The position numbers and the translations under genes are program-made. From the NCBI RefSeq assembly GCF_000018105.1, contig NC_009925.1, positions 2,430,001 to 2,462,000 on the forward strand: 32,000 nucleotides of DNA. The letters run 5' to 3'. Positions 9,437-19,628 of this stretch are shown piece after piece. Each line of letters opens with the position of its first letter. Position 1 is the first letter of the stretch. The notes below the pieces were generated by a model. That model was not told the DNA's origin. It worked only from the letters and a program-made list of their open reading frames with translations, and ran no database searches. Source of the DNA: Acaryochloris marina MBIC11017. Its GTDB lineage: Bacteria > Cyanobacteriota > Cyanobacteriia > Thermosynechococcales > Thermosynechococcaceae.

Positions 9437-10145
9437 CGTGGCCCAAGAGGTCAAGATGTTGCTGCAGAAAAGTCATACTTTCGGTTTGGGCACCCGCCTG
9501 GGATAGTCGTTGGTGGAAGTGACGTAAGTCGTCTAATGTATCGACATCATACCAAGTCGGTAGTTGGTGCACAGAACAGAATTGGAGGCGCTGCAGAGTT
9601 TGCTCGAACACCGTCTCTGTACTCCAGGGCATATCTGCAAAAACCCCAGGTGTAAAGGTCTCAGGTGTAAACCCGAGGGTATAGTACCCACCATCATCAC
9701 TCGGACCAATCACGACTTGCTGCTGCGTCAAGGAACGAAGTCCATGCTGTAAATAGGTCAGGGGTAAATCCGGACTATCACTGCCCGTAATCAATGCACC
9801 GCCATATCCCCGCTCAAAACAGGTGGCAAAGGCATGGGCCATGCGCTCACCCAAATCATCTCCTTGCTGGGGCAGGTAGGTATATTGAGGCCCTAACCAA
9901 TCCTGCACCGCAGTTTCCGCTGCCGCCGGAGCATAAAAAATCAGGTGGTCTATCCCCAATTGTCGGGTGGTGAAGAGTAAATCCCTAGCAAAGCAGCGGT
10001 AGAGCGCCGCAGCTGCTTCAAACCCAATACTTCGTCCTAATCGAGATTTAACCGTGCCAGGGATAGGATTTTTGACAAAGAGCAGTAGGCAAAACGGAGC
10101 ATTGGAGGAGGACCTATCCTGGTCGTTCATAAAAACTAAGGCCAA
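9426..10145 (-). CDS. DUF2064 / TIGR04282-type nucleotidyl- or glycosyl-transferase-like protein (partner of TIGR04283)
   Basis: LLLFVKNPIPGTVKSRL is the characteristic DUF2064 N-terminal motif. GSDSPDLP and DGGYYTLG motifs are present. It overlaps the downstream GT2 gene. Confidence 0.7.
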   Translation of the reverse strand: MALVFMNDQDRSSSNAPFCLLLFVKNPIPGTVKSRLGRSIGFEAAAALYRCFARDLLFTTRQLGIDHLIFYAPAAAETAVQDWLGPQYTYLPQQGDDLGERMAHAFATCFERGYGGALITGSDSPDLPLTYLQHGLRSLTQQQVVIGPSDDGGYYTLGFTPETFTPGVFADMPWSTETVFEQTLQRLQFCSVHQLPTWYDVDTLDDLRHFHQRLSQAGAQTESMTFLQQHLDLLGHDAP

Positions 10146-10169
10146 ACGAACGTCCTTATCATATCGGCT

Positions 10170-10607
10170 CTAAGCCGCTTTCAGGTTAAGGGAGCGGGCG
10201 CGACGATGCCCCAGGGCATAGCATAAACGGCGCTCTAGGGTGCGATGGGTGCAGCGCACCACCCGGTTCTGATCGGCATTGGCAAAGAACCAATCACAAC
10301 GCCATAAATGACGCTGACAGGTCAACACCCACTGTTGCCCCTCAAATTCAAACTGAGCCATGAAATGAGCTTGGTGTTTCGATTGCTCACTCAAACGAAT
10401 TTTTAGCCCCAAGCCTTTTTGCAGTCTGGCACTCATCGCTCGATCCAATTCTTGCTGAAATGCAGCCCGCAAAAACACTAACCGCCGCCGATACCGAATT
10501 GCCATACGGAGCTTGCGCTGTTGATAGCGCTGGCGTTGGTTGCAATAGGCTTGATCCACTTGGGTTGCCACAAAAGCTTGCGTAGGCGTGGTTAGACCGA
10601 TGGACAT
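10170..10607 (-). CDS. Hypothetical basic protein, Arg-rich N-half and Cys/His-rich C-half
   Basis: 145-codon ORF with its own upstream signals. GGAG lies 9 nt before the ATG. A TTGACA-17-TAAAGT promoter and a LexA-type box lie upstream, and the ftsH terminator lies further upstream. I recognise no family. The ORF ends 24 nt before the DUF2064 gene. Confidence 0.6.
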   Translation of the reverse strand: MSIGLTTPTQAFVATQVDQAYCNQRQRYQQRKLRMAIRYRRRLVFLRAAFQQELDRAMSARLQKGLGLKIRLSEQSKHQAHFMAQFEFEGQQWVLTCQRHLWRCDWFFANADQNRVVRCTHRTLERRLCYALGHRRARSLNLKAA

Positions 10608-10634
10608 TGCTTGCGTCTCCAGAGGGGCTAAATT

Positions 10635-10648
10635 AGTACAAATGTACT
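10635..10648. promoter_or_regulatory. Candidate cyanobacterial LexA box
   Basis: AGTACAAATGTACT, and its reverse complement AGTACATTTGTACT, both fit the published cyanobacterial LexA consensus RGTACNNNDGTWCB exactly. It is the only perfect match I found when scanning every GTAC in the window. It overlaps the predicted -10 element. Confidence 0.4.
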
Positions 10649-10674
10649 TTATTCGTATTTTTTGCCTCTGTCAA
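10646..10674 (-). promoter_or_regulatory. Sigma70-type promoter for the 145-aa orphan gene
   Basis: On the minus strand: TTGACA (plus 10669-10674), a 17-nt spacer, then TAAAGT (plus 10646-10651). It lies about 40 nt upstream of the ATG at 10607. Confidence 0.45.
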
Positions 10675-10783
10675 TCCCTAAACAAGTGCAAGGTGGATTG
10701 GAACAATATGTAACCAATACACCATATATAGCTAATTTATTTAGTTCAAATACTACATATAGTGCTTTGAATCCATCGCAATC

Positions 10784-10813
10784 AAAAAAGAGGCTCTGCA
10801 AGCAGAGCCTCTT
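10784..10813 (-). terminator. Rho-independent terminator of ftsH
   Basis: aagaggctctgc (10788-10799) and gcagagcctctt (10802-10813) form a GC-rich stem of about 11 bp. On the minus strand it is followed by a T run (plus-strand A run 10784-10789). It sits 63 nt after the ftsH stop. Confidence 0.75.
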
Positions 10814-10876
10814 GAGGTAGTCAATGATTAATGCAGGATGTGAAATCACCCAAACTTGATAGTGGGTGATGCAGCG

Positions 10877-12712
10877 TTATGCGATCGCAGCCATCTTCAC
10901 TTCATTGGTATTGAGAATTTCCTGAAGTTCATCAGAATCTACCGTTTCTTTCTCAACTAGTCGACGAGCGATTTCATCAAGGACAGCTCGGTTAGACACC
11001 AAGACATCTTTAGCACGACGGTAGGCTTGATCCACTAGGTTACGCACTTCATCATCAATGGTAGAAGCAGTTTCTTCCGAGAAGTCCCGCTCACTCATGA
11101 TGTCACGTCCCATAAAAGGATTGCCTTGCTGACGACCTAAGGCCACAGGACCCAAGCGGTCGCTCATACCAAATCGAGTAATCATTTGGCGAGCCACACG
11201 AGCCACCTGTTGTAAGTCGTTGGAAGCACCGGTGGTGACTTCCTCTTCACCAAAGATGATTTCTTCAGCAATCCGACCGCCTAAAGCAACCGCCATTTGG
11301 TTCTGCAAGTAGCTGCGGCTGTAGAGGCCAGAATCCATCTGATCTTCGTTCGGTGTGAACCAGGTCAGGCCCCCGGCACGACCCCGAGGAATAATGCTAA
11401 TTTTTTGAACTGGATCATAATCTGGCATCAACGCACCCACCAGAGCATGACCAGCTTCGTGATAGGCCACCAAACGCTTACGGCGCTCACTCATGACCCG
11501 GTCTTTCTTCTCGGGTCCAGCCAAGACACGGTCAATCGCATCATTGATTTCATCCATGGAAATCTCAGTCAGATTTCGGCGAGCCGCTAGAATCGCAGCT
11601 TCATTTAAGAGGTTGGACAAGTCAGCACCGGTAAATCCAGGGGTCCGGCGAGCCATTTTCTCTAAATCAACATCCTTAGAGAGGGTTTTGCCGCGAGCAT
11701 GGACATTAAGAATTTCACGACGTCCTTTGTAATCAGGGCGATCCACCACCACTTGGCGGTCAAAACGACCGGGACGCATGAGGGCTGCATCCAATACATC
11801 AGGACGGTTAGTCGCTGCAATGATAATGATGCCAGTGTTACCTTCAAAACCATCCATTTCTGTTAGGAGCTGGTTGAGGGTCTGTTCCCGCTCATCATTA
11901 CCGCCGCCTAAACCAGCTCCTCGCTGACGGCCAACGGCGTCGATTTCATCAATAAAGACGATGCAAGGGGCGTTGGTCTTAGCTTGCTCAAACAAGTCTC
12001 TGACTCGCGAAGCACCCACACCCACAAACATTTCCACAAACTCTGAACCAGAGATGGAGAAAAAGGGCACACCAGCTTCTCCAGCCACAGCCTTCGCTAA
12101 AAGGGTTTTACCAGTTCCAGGAGGACCCACCAGCAGTACGCCCTTAGGAATCTTGGCACCGACTGCGGTAAAGCGGTCTGCATTCTTTAGAAAGTCAACG
12201 ACTTCTGTCAGCTCTAATTTGGCCTGCTCAATACCCGCCACATCATTAAAAGTGACTTGGGTTTGAGGCTCCATCTGCACACGAGCCTTGGACTTACCAA
12301 AGTTCATGGCTTGGTTACCCGGTCCAGACTGCGCCCGGCGGAACAAAAAGAACAGTCCCACGAGTAAAAGGACAGGGACCAAAAATGTACTCAATGCCTT
12401 AAACCAAACCCCTTCTTCTCTTTGAGGAAGGACAGCAATATCAACATCTTGCTTCGTCAAGATATCGATAAAGTCTGGATCCGGTGGCAAGTTAACGGTA
12501 ATAACACCCTCGCCAGACTTCACTTCAGCCATCGTTCGATCGGCGCTGATGCGAATTTTTTCAACGTTGTTATTTTCGACTTCTTCGATCAGCTTGCTGT
12601 AACGCCAAGTTGGGTTATCAGCAGGCTGGCGCTCTAGCAACGCTGTCCCTAATGCCAAGACAACAATGGCCAACAGCGCATACAATCCTGCATTTCTCCA
12701 CCGCTTATTCAC
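10877..12712 (-). CDS. ftsH: ATP-dependent zinc metalloprotease FtsH
   Basis: N-terminal TM helix. Walker A is [19 protein letters not shown] and Walker B is [10 protein letters not shown]. The SRH region reads [20 protein letters not shown]. The zinc motif is HEAGHALV. Confidence 0.97.
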   Translation of the reverse strand: MNKRWRNAGLYALLAIVVLALGTALLERQPADNPTWRYSKLIEEVENNNVEKIRISADRTMAEVKSGEGVITVNLPPDPDFIDILTKQDVDIAVLPQREEGVWFKALSTFLVPVLLLVGLFFLFRRAQSGPGNQAMNFGKSKARVQMEPQTQVTFNDVAGIEQAKLELTEVVDFLKNADRFTAVGAKIPKGVLLVGPPGTGKTLLAKAVAGEAGVPFFSISGSEFVEMFVGVGASRVRDLFEQAKTNAPCIVFIDEIDAVGRQRGAGLGGGNDEREQTLNQLLTEMDGFEGNTGIIIIAATNRPDVLDAALMRPGRFDRQVVVDRPDYKGRREILNVHARGKTLSKDVDLEKMARRTPGFTGADLSNLLNEAAILAARRNLTEISMDEINDAIDRVLAGPEKKDRVMSERRKRLVAYHEAGHALVGALMPDYDPVQKISIIPRGRAGGLTWFTPNEDQMDSGLYSRSYLQNQMAVALGGRIAEEIIFGEEEVTTGASNDLQQVARVARQMITRFGMSDRLGPVALGRQQGNPFMGRDIMSERDFSEETASTIDDEVRNLVDQAYRRAKDVLVSNRAVLDEIARRLVEKETVDSDELQEILNTNEVKMAAIA

Positions 12713-12793
12713 GGACTTTAATCCTCCAGGTTCAGAATGGGGCGATGCGATCGCTACATTAACTAATGTTAACCCATTCTTTCAGAGGTGGGG

Positions 12794-14032
12794 CTAGCTG
12801 CTGGTAATTACGCTGTTTTCTGGATTCACCAAACGCAAGAGCTTCTGCTTAATTTGGGTATCGTAGACGCTCCACTTCAGCTTGGCGTAATCCGAGTTCT
12901 CATTCAGCCCCGATAAAAAGCCCATAGGAATTTCAAATCCACCCGCCAGGGAGCGGCCACCGCCAAAAAATCGGCCCTGAGTATCTTGACCAAAGGCTTC
13001 TTTAATAAATTCATCAGGGTCCAGAGTTAGCTTCGTTGTGCGCAAGGACCCGACCACCAATTCCAGATCTTCATCTTCATCATGGACAATGCCATACACT
13101 ACGGCTGTATGCACATTATCTTCGGTGACCAAAAAATCTGCCGCTTGAGGGATGGCATCGCGGTTGTCATAGCGGAGAAAACCGACACCAGCAATCGTCA
13201 CGTTGTTGTAGACGCTGCGATTTTTGAGAGCGCTCTCAATCACATCCATGACCTGCTTCGACCGAGAAGATTGCAGCACCGTATTCAGGAGCTGACTATC
13301 GTAGAAGCGGCTTAAGTAGGCCGCTGCCAGAAAATCTTCTTCTTGGGCTTGCTTGAGAAAGTTGGTGTCAGACCGCAGGCCATGCATGAGCGCCGTTGCA
13401 CAATTCACATGTTCACTGACATTGCTATCAAACTCTAGCAAACCGGTCCGGAGATACTGGGTCAGAATCGTCGCTGTCGCCCGAGTATTGGGCCGTACAT
13501 CTGTAAATTCAGCTTCCACGCCTTCTTGCAAACTGTGGTGATCGATAACGACGGTGATCGGAATATCCGCCGCCTGTAAAATCGGTAATAATTGGCTGGT
13601 CGTGCCCTGATTATCAATCAAGACACAGCCCTGGTAAGCTGATAAATCTTTTCCTTTGGTTTTTGGAGACTGACAAGCCCATCGTTGCACGGGCAGATTG
13701 GTCAGTTTCACTAGGGCAATATTTTCTTGATGGCTCAGGGTGCCAGCGTAGAGAATTTCGCATTGAATATCATACTGCTCTGCAATCAGCTTGTAGGCCC
13801 AAGCAGAAGACAAAGCATCTGGATCAGGAAAGTCTTGCAAAATCACAAGTTGCGAATCGCCGCGATGACTTTCGAGCACCTTAGCAAAGGCGTCAGCACG
13901 CTGTTCCTGGGCTCGCCCATTCAGACTCGTGAGATTACTAGAAGATCGAGCACCCAGTTTTTCAGACGAGTTGAGATTGGCTGAACGAGTCTCTAATTTA
14001 GGGTCAACTGACTTCAAAGAAGTTGAAACCAT
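12794..14032 (-). CDS. DHH-family phosphoesterase (NrnA-like)
   Basis: DPDALSSAWA, VVIDHH and GGGRSLAGGF (DHHA1-type GGGH-like) motifs occur in the canonical order. There is a Ser-rich N-terminal extension, so the start is uncertain. Confidence 0.75.
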   Translation of the reverse strand: MVSTSLKSVDPKLETRSANLNSSEKLGARSSSNLTSLNGRAQEQRADAFAKVLESHRGDSQLVILQDFPDPDALSSAWAYKLIAEQYDIQCEILYAGTLSHQENIALVKLTNLPVQRWACQSPKTKGKDLSAYQGCVLIDNQGTTSQLLPILQAADIPITVVIDHHSLQEGVEAEFTDVRPNTRATATILTQYLRTGLLEFDSNVSEHVNCATALMHGLRSDTNFLKQAQEEDFLAAAYLSRFYDSQLLNTVLQSSRSKQVMDVIESALKNRSVYNNVTIAGVGFLRYDNRDAIPQAADFLVTEDNVHTAVVYGIVHDEDEDLELVVGSLRTTKLTLDPDEFIKEAFGQDTQGRFFGGGRSLAGGFEIPMGFLSGLNENSDYAKLKWSVYDTQIKQKLLRLVNPENSVITSS

Positions 14033-14310
14033 AGTAAAAACCTAATGTTAGGTAGGAGTAATATTCAGATGGAACATAGACACGGACAGAACCGCTTGAT
14101 TTAAGGCAAAGCAGATTCTGAAGATTATCACGAATCGCTGGGATTGGGATCGGTGCTAGCTATCCCGCAGGCGCTTACTCCACTATTCCCCTACAATTAT
14201 TTTCTTTGATCCTAATTGAAAATACCAGCCCCTTGATGTGAGGATACCCCTAAAGTTATGGGGAAGAATACTCGTCTTTATGCGTTTAAGGCAGAGTAAA
14301 AAGCAACAAA

Positions 14311-14808
14311 TTACATACCAATGACATATTTACGCCATTCTTGATGAACCCCATTTCGTAGATGCTTAGTGACCTCAAAGTACAAGCTACTGTAAGGACG
14401 ACGCGGCGTTTGTTTCAGGATCATCCGGGCTTCTTTGGGCGTCCGATTGCCTTTCTTGACGTTACAGCGGACACAGGCCGTCACCATATTTTCCCAGGTA
14501 TCTCCCCCTCCTCGTGATCGGGGCATCACATGATCTAGGGTTAAATCATCGCCAGCATGTCCGCAATATTGACATGTATGGCTATCGCGATGTAGTAGGT
14601 TTCGGCGAGTTAAGGGAATTTCTTTGTAAGGCACCCGCACATATTGGCGCAATCGAATGACCGTCGGCAAGGGAAAGTCTCGATACACAAACTTACCGTT
14701 GTGTTCTACTTGCTCAGCTTTTTCTTTGAGGACTAAAACAACCGCTCGACGCCAACTGGTGATATTAAGCGGCTCATAGGAGGCATTCAGAACGAGAACT
14801 TTGCCCAT
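14311..14808 (-). CDS. Small HNH endonuclease-family protein (conserved cyanobacterial type)
   Basis: CQYCGHAGDDLTLDHVMPRSRGGGDTWENMVTACVRCNVKKGNRTP is a complete HNH/zinc-finger motif. I prefer the start at MGKVLVLNASYEPL (cat 14806-14808) over the 37-codon upstream extension in the track. Confidence 0.85.
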   Translation of the reverse strand: MGKVLVLNASYEPLNITSWRRAVVLVLKEKAEQVEHNGKFVYRDFPLPTVIRLRQYVRVPYKEIPLTRRNLLHRDSHTCQYCGHAGDDLTLDHVMPRSRGGGDTWENMVTACVRCNVKKGNRTPKEARMILKQTPRRPYSSLYFEVTKHLRNGVHQEWRKYVIGM

Positions 14809-15300
14809 GAATCCTTGCCCAGGCAGATCTGATACAGATAGTAGCACATACCCCATGAAACCTATGATTGGGCAATACTTAGGCCCATTTACTGGGGGCT
14901 GACGGTAAATACCCCCCAAACGTTACGGTTGTCCCAACGACAGTCTGTAGAGGTGCTGCTTATAGTGATGAATGTATGGATTCAGCAAACCAAGTCCTGG
15001 AAATCGTTAGGGTTACCCCCTGACGATTTACGACTGACGGCTCCCCCTGGTGCTGCCCTACTGCAAAGTCATTTGATGACCGCTTGGTAATCCCCACAGC
15101 ACTAAAACCGTCTACACCAGGTTCGGTAAATACGCCTTCAAGATCTGGCTAGGAAAGCCAAGTATAGAGGTAAGTTAACCCTCCCACGGCGCTTGTTATT
15201 AGTACAAATGAACTACTACTTCGTCTATGGGTGTTCTAGAACCCGGTCAGTGACCTGTTTGCTTAACAGACAATTTTTTAGAAGGAGCTTGTAAAAACCT

Positions 15301-17208
15301 ATGGCAAAAGTTGTTGGAATAGATTTAGGAACCACTAACTCTTGCGTAGCAGTGATGGAAGGGGGCAAACCCACGGTCATTGCCAATGCAGAAGGATTCC
15401 GGACAACCCCCTCCGTTGTCGCTTATGCCAAAAATGGTGATCGCTTGGTCGGTCAAATTGCCAAGCGCCAATCGGTCATGAACCCTGAGAATACGTTCTA
15501 CTCAGTGAAGCGATTCATTGGCCGCCGTCAAGACGAAGTCACCCATGAAACGACTGAAGTCTCCTATCAAGTCCTCACTGAAGGGGGCAGCATTAAAGTG
15601 GACTGCCCTGCAGCAGGCAAAAAGTTTGCCCCTGAAGAGATTTCAGCTCAGGTACTCCGCAAATTAGTCGATGATGCCAGTAAATATCTCGGCGAAAAAG
15701 TCACTCAGGCGGTAATTACCGTTCCCGCCTATTTCAACGATTCCCAACGCCAAGCCACAAAGGATGCCGGCAAGATTGCCGGTGTGGAAGTCCTGCGGAT
15801 TATCAACGAGCCCACCGCTGCTTCGCTCGCCTACGGTTTAGATAAAAAAAGCAACGAAACCATTTTGGTATTTGACTTGGGGGGAGGAACCTTCGACGTC
15901 TCCGTACTTGAAGTGGGTGACGGTGTGTTTGAAGTACTCTCCACTTCGGGTGATACCCACTTGGGCGGGGATGACTTCGACAAGCAGATTGTGGATTACT
16001 TGGCAGCCGAGTTCCAGAAAGCCGAAGGGATTGATCTACGCAAAGACAAGCAAGCCCTACAGCGTCTGACTGAAGCAGCAGAAAAAGCCAAAATTGAGCT
16101 TTCCAATGTCACCCAAGCGGATGTCAACCTTCCCTTTATCACAGCGACTCAAGATGGTCCTAAGCATTTAGACACCACCCTTACTCGCGCTAAGTTTGAA
16201 GAGCTCTGTTCTGATTTGATCGATCGCTGTCGGATTCCCGTTGAGAATGCCGTCCGTGACGCCAAAATCGATAAGAGCGCTCTTGATGAAGTGGTGATGG
16301 TTGGGGGTTCCACCCGCATTCCCGCGATTTTAGAAGTCGTTAAGAAAGTCCTCGGTAAAGAACCCAACCAATCCGTTAACCCTGATGAAGTGGTTGCCGT
16401 CGGTGCTGCCATTCAAGGGGGTGTGCTGGCCGGTGAAGTTAAAGATATTCTCTTACTAGACGTCACACCGCTATCCTTGGGAGTTGAAACCCTTGGTGGT
16501 GTGATGACCAAGCTGATTCCCAGAAACACCACGATTCCCACCAAGAAATCAGAAGTGTTCTCAACGGCGGTGGATGGCCAAACCAATGTGGAGATTCATG
16601 TACTCCAGGGTGAGCGGGAAATGTCTACAGACAACAAGAGTCTGGGAACCTTCCGCTTAGACGGCATTCCTCCCGCACCGCGAGGCGTGCCTCAAATTGA
16701 AGTCACCTTTGATATTGATGCCAACGGTATTCTCAATGTCACTGCTAAAGAAAAAGGCACTGGCAAAGAACAATCCATTAGCATTACGGGGGCTTCCACC
16801 CTGTCCGATGCTGAAGTCGACAAGATGGTTCAAGATGCAGAGCAAAATGCCTCTGTAGACAAAGAACGTCGCGAGAAGATCGAGACCAAGAACCAGGCCG
16901 ATACGCTGGTGTACCAATCCGAGAAGCAGTTGTCTGAATTAGGCGATAAGGTTTCCGGTGAGGATAAAGAGAAGGCTGAAGGTCTGATCAAAGATCTGAA
17001 AGAAGCTATCGCCAGTGAAAACCATGAGCAAATGCAGTCTCTAACCACTGAGTTGCAGCAAACCCTATACAGCATCAGCACACAGCTATATCAGCAAGGT
17101 GATGCCGCTGCTGCAGGGGCACCCGAAGGGGCTACTCCAGATGAGCCCAGTGATACCGCTGGTGGCGACGATGATGTCATCGATGCTGATTTCACTGAAA
17201 CGAACTAG
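15301..17208 (+). CDS. dnaK: Molecular chaperone DnaK (Hsp70)
   Basis: [23 protein letters not shown] and [10 protein letters not shown] signatures are present, with an acidic C-terminal tail. AAGGAG (15282-15287) lies upstream of the ATG. Confidence 0.98.
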   Translation: MAKVVGIDLGTTNSCVAVMEGGKPTVIANAEGFRTTPSVVAYAKNGDRLVGQIAKRQSVMNPENTFYSVKRFIGRRQDEVTHETTEVSYQVLTEGGSIKVDCPAAGKKFAPEEISAQVLRKLVDDASKYLGEKVTQAVITVPAYFNDSQRQATKDAGKIAGVEVLRIINEPTAASLAYGLDKKSNETILVFDLGGGTFDVSVLEVGDGVFEVLSTSGDTHLGGDDFDKQIVDYLAAEFQKAEGIDLRKDKQALQRLTEAAEKAKIELSNVTQADVNLPFITATQDGPKHLDTTLTRAKFEELCSDLIDRCRIPVENAVRDAKIDKSALDEVVMVGGSTRIPAILEVVKKVLGKEPNQSVNPDEVVAVGAAIQGGVLAGEVKDILLLDVTPLSLGVETLGGVMTKLIPRNTTIPTKKSEVFSTAVDGQTNVEIHVLQGEREMSTDNKSLGTFRLDGIPPAPRGVPQIEVTFDIDANGILNVTAKEKGTGKEQSISITGASTLSDAEVDKMVQDAEQNASVDKERREKIETKNQADTLVYQSEKQLSELGDKVSGEDKEKAEGLIKDLKEAIASENHEQMQSLTTELQQTLYSISTQLYQQGDAAAAGAPEGATPDEPSDTAGGDDDVIDADFTETN

Positions 17209-17278
17209 AGTTCGCGATCTATCGACTCTAGCGAACCGATAGATCCGTCTTAAGACTTAGGTTTCTATTACTCCTTCT

Positions 17279-17313
17279 AAACTCTGCTCTTAATCAAAGA
17301 GCAGAGTTTTTTT
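17279..17313 (+). terminator. Rho-independent terminator of dnaK
   Basis: An 11-bp stem, actctgctctt (17281-17291) paired with aagagcagagt (17297-17307), encloses a 5-nt loop. It is followed by a T run through 17313. Confidence 0.85.
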
Positions 17314-17639
17314 CATGAGTGAAACCTGGGGCCTTTTGCAGACGTAATCCAGAGACAAATTGTATTGCAGCTCATCCGCTAGTTATGCAGATGCTAGCAA
17401 TGAGGTCCCCGCTGGCAAATGCGCGACATCAAAGGCCAGGTCAATAGTGATGGGTTATGAAATTCACTACAGTTGCGCGATCGCAATCACCGCATCCAGC
17501 CCATAGATGGCTTCCAATAAGACATAGATAGCTTTTAGGCAATGCACAAAACCAGGTACATTCTCGGCCGCAAGGTTGTAGGGAAGAAGTCGGCGTTTCG
17601 CCTAGCCAAGCTGTCTACTGATGATGTGGAGCAGGTCGA

Positions 17640-19628
17640 ATGTTAGGGGCAGTTGCCTTAATACCGATTACCGAAATAGCAGCTGTTATTCTCAGCATAT
17701 TTATCGGGTTGCGAACCCGCCCCAACGCTTATCCAGTAGCAGCGGCCCTGGCCCTGGGTATTGTGTCTGGCCTGGGCCTTCTCTCGTTCTTGCTTCAGAT
17801 CGGCTTTTTGCTAGGACGACCTGAGTGGCTACCCTTTGTGGAACTGGCTGTTTTACTGCCTTTGGTGGGACTGCAATGGCGACGATGGCCCATCATCAGG
17901 GATATTCCCCACCGCATCATTGTGGTTGGTCGAGAGGCTCCAGTCACACTGACAGTCTTGGCCGTTGCCCTACTCTACCTGTTGCTTCAAGCCGTGCTAC
18001 TACCACCGAGTAGTTGGGATGCTCTGACCTACCACTTACCGAGAGTCCTACTCTGGGAGCAAAATCGCAGCCTGTTGCTTCGAGATTTCATCATTACGCC
18101 CCAAGCCGCCTTCCCGGTGGGGTCAGATATTCTCTCGCACTTATTCTTACGATTCGGGACGGACTATGGGTTGGGGCTATTTAGTTGGCTATCGTATCTG
18201 ACGATATTGCTGGCTACCTATGGACTCGCACGTCCGCGAGTGAATCGCTACATCGCTTTAACCACAGCCTTTGTCATCGCTTCACTCCCCGAAGTGGTCT
18301 ATCAGGCCACGGCCACCAAAAATGACATTATCCTAGCGGCAGTGGCGATTGCCTGTGTAGTTTGGGCAGATCGCTGGTTGCAGTCTCCTTCTTTTGAGTC
18401 ACTGTTGGGGTTGGGCTTGACTCTCTGTTTTGGCGTAGCGGTAAAAACAACCTTCGTTTTATTTGCCTTTTTCTTTGGCTTGAAGTGGCTGAGTTTAGTG
18501 GTTCAGAAAGGACGATTGGGCTTGCTGGTGCAGTCATCCATGCGCCATTGGCGCTGGATTGGGGTCAGCTTCCTTCCGGCTGTAATTCTGTCCCAGGCCT
18601 GGTTATTTTGGGATAACTATCGCCAGTTTGGTGGGTTTCTGGGGCCTGCTAAGTTTGCGATCGCAAACCGTAACAATGATGGATTAGTTGGAGGGATTGC
18701 GAACTTTATCCGCTATAGCTTCCAAAGTATTCACCTACTTCAGCCTGTGGATATCCTGTGGAAAAAGGGGATGGGTTGGTCCCTGACAGATGGATTACAA
18801 CACCTCTACAACACACTTTGTGAGCCGATCTTAGGAGTTGCAGGCCGAAGTCAATTGGCTTTATCCACACCCTTCGTGATCCTCTGGGATATGAAGGAAG
18901 ATACATCCTGGTTTGGGCCATTGGGAATTTTTCTAGTGGTCCCAGCGATGGTTTGGTGTGCTGTTAAAGGCCAACGACTCCCTAGAATCATGGCATTTGT
19001 CTCCATCGCCTTGGTATTGGCCCTCTGCTATGCCATGGGCTGGTCACCGTGGAAGAGTCGGTTCTTTATTTTGGTGGCGGCAATGAGTGGACTCTGTGTA
19101 GCCATGCTGTTACAGCGACTTCAACCAAGGCCTTGGATGCTCAATGGTTTACAGATGCTGAGTTTGGTGATTCTTTGCTATGCCTGTGCATTTAATTTCG
19201 CCAAGCCGCTTTTGTTTATGCCTTCGCCTAAGCCTTTAGACAATATTTGGGTCTTGAGTGACTGGACACGCAACCGCTTGATTTATGAGCAAGCCAATGG
19301 GGGAGATCGAGTAGAACAGATTGGACAAAATATCCCGCCAGGAAAGAAGGTAGCGATTGTGGGCTACGACCATTACTTTCCGATGATGTTTCATAATCCA
19401 GGGCGTGAGTTTGTTTTACTCCCGGCGGACAAGACCCCTGATAAACAATACGATTTGGCGACAATCGAAGCCCGCTTAGCAGAGGTAGATTATTTGTTGT
19501 GCTTGGAACAAGCGTGCGATCGCAACAACTTAGATCTCCAACTCAATTTACTCTGGCAAAATGCCCCTCACTTCCGTTTTACGCAACTCTACGAGATTAC
19601 CTCTCCTACCCGGCTTAAACAGAGGTAA
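17640..19628 (+). CDS. Polytopic integral membrane protein, possibly a GT-C-fold (ArnT/PMT-like) glycosyltransferase
   Basis: 662-codon ORF with more than 10 hydrophobic helices across the first roughly 520 aa and a soluble C-terminal domain of about 130 aa. The overall architecture resembles GT-C enzymes. I recognised no specific catalytic motif. Confidence 0.6.
   Translation: MLGAVALIPITEIAAVILSIFIGLRTRPNAYPVAAALALGIVSGLGLLSFLLQIGFLLGRPEWLPFVELAVLLPLVGLQWRRWPIIRDIPHRIIVVGREAPVTLTVLAVALLYLLLQAVLLPPSSWDALTYHLPRVLLWEQNRSLLLRDFIITPQAAFPVGSDILSHLFLRFGTDYGLGLFSWLSYLTILLATYGLARPRVNRYIALTTAFVIASLPEVVYQATATKNDIILAAVAIACVVWADRWLQSPSFESLLGLGLTLCFGVAVKTTFVLFAFFFGLKWLSLVVQKGRLGLLVQSSMRHWRWIGVSFLPAVILSQAWLFWDNYRQFGGFLGPAKFAIANRNNDGLVGGIANFIRYSFQSIHLLQPVDILWKKGMGWSLTDGLQHLYNTLCEPILGVAGRSQLALSTPFVILWDMKEDTSWFGPLGIFLVVPAMVWCAVKGQRLPRIMAFVSIALVLALCYAMGWSPWKSRFFILVAAMSGLCVAMLLQRLQPRPWMLNGLQMLSLVILCYACAFNFAKPLLFMPSPKPLDNIWVLSDWTRNRLIYEQANGGDRVEQIGQNIPPGKKVAIVGYDHYFPMMFHNPGREFVLLPADKTPDKQYDLATIEARLAEVDYLLCLEQACDRNNLDLQLNLLWQNAPHFRFTQLYEITSPTRLKQR

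Noticed and set aside
10649-10849. 66-aa minus-strand ORF between ftsH and the 145-aa gene
   Set aside because: It spans the ftsH terminator hairpin and the predicted promoter and LexA box. It is AT-rich with an implausible sequence and has no ribosome-binding context.
12734-12780. Imperfect hairpin (agaatggg ... cccattct) centred on a HIP1 site in the DHH-ftsH spacer
   Set aside because: The 8-bp stem has a loop of about 30 nt and no T tract. This is plausibly coincidental structure around a HIP1 palindrome.
14809-14919. 37-codon N-terminal extension of the HNH ORF
   Set aside because: Homologues as I recall them begin at MGKVLVLNASYEPL. The extension is not protein-like and would intrude into the divergent dnaK control region.
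14920-15300. CIRCE (TTAGCACTC-N9-GAGTGCTAA) heat-shock operator upstream of dnaK
   Set aside because: There is no match to either half-site in the 380-bp region. Only the LexA-like near-match, reported separately, is present.
17201-17245. Palindromes at the dnaK stop (CGAACTAGAGTTCG at 17201-17214; GATCTATCG-N12-CGATAGATC at 17216-17245)
   Set aside because: They are short, and a canonical terminator follows at 17279-17313. They are probably accessory 3'-UTR structure, and I found no evidence for a distinct element.
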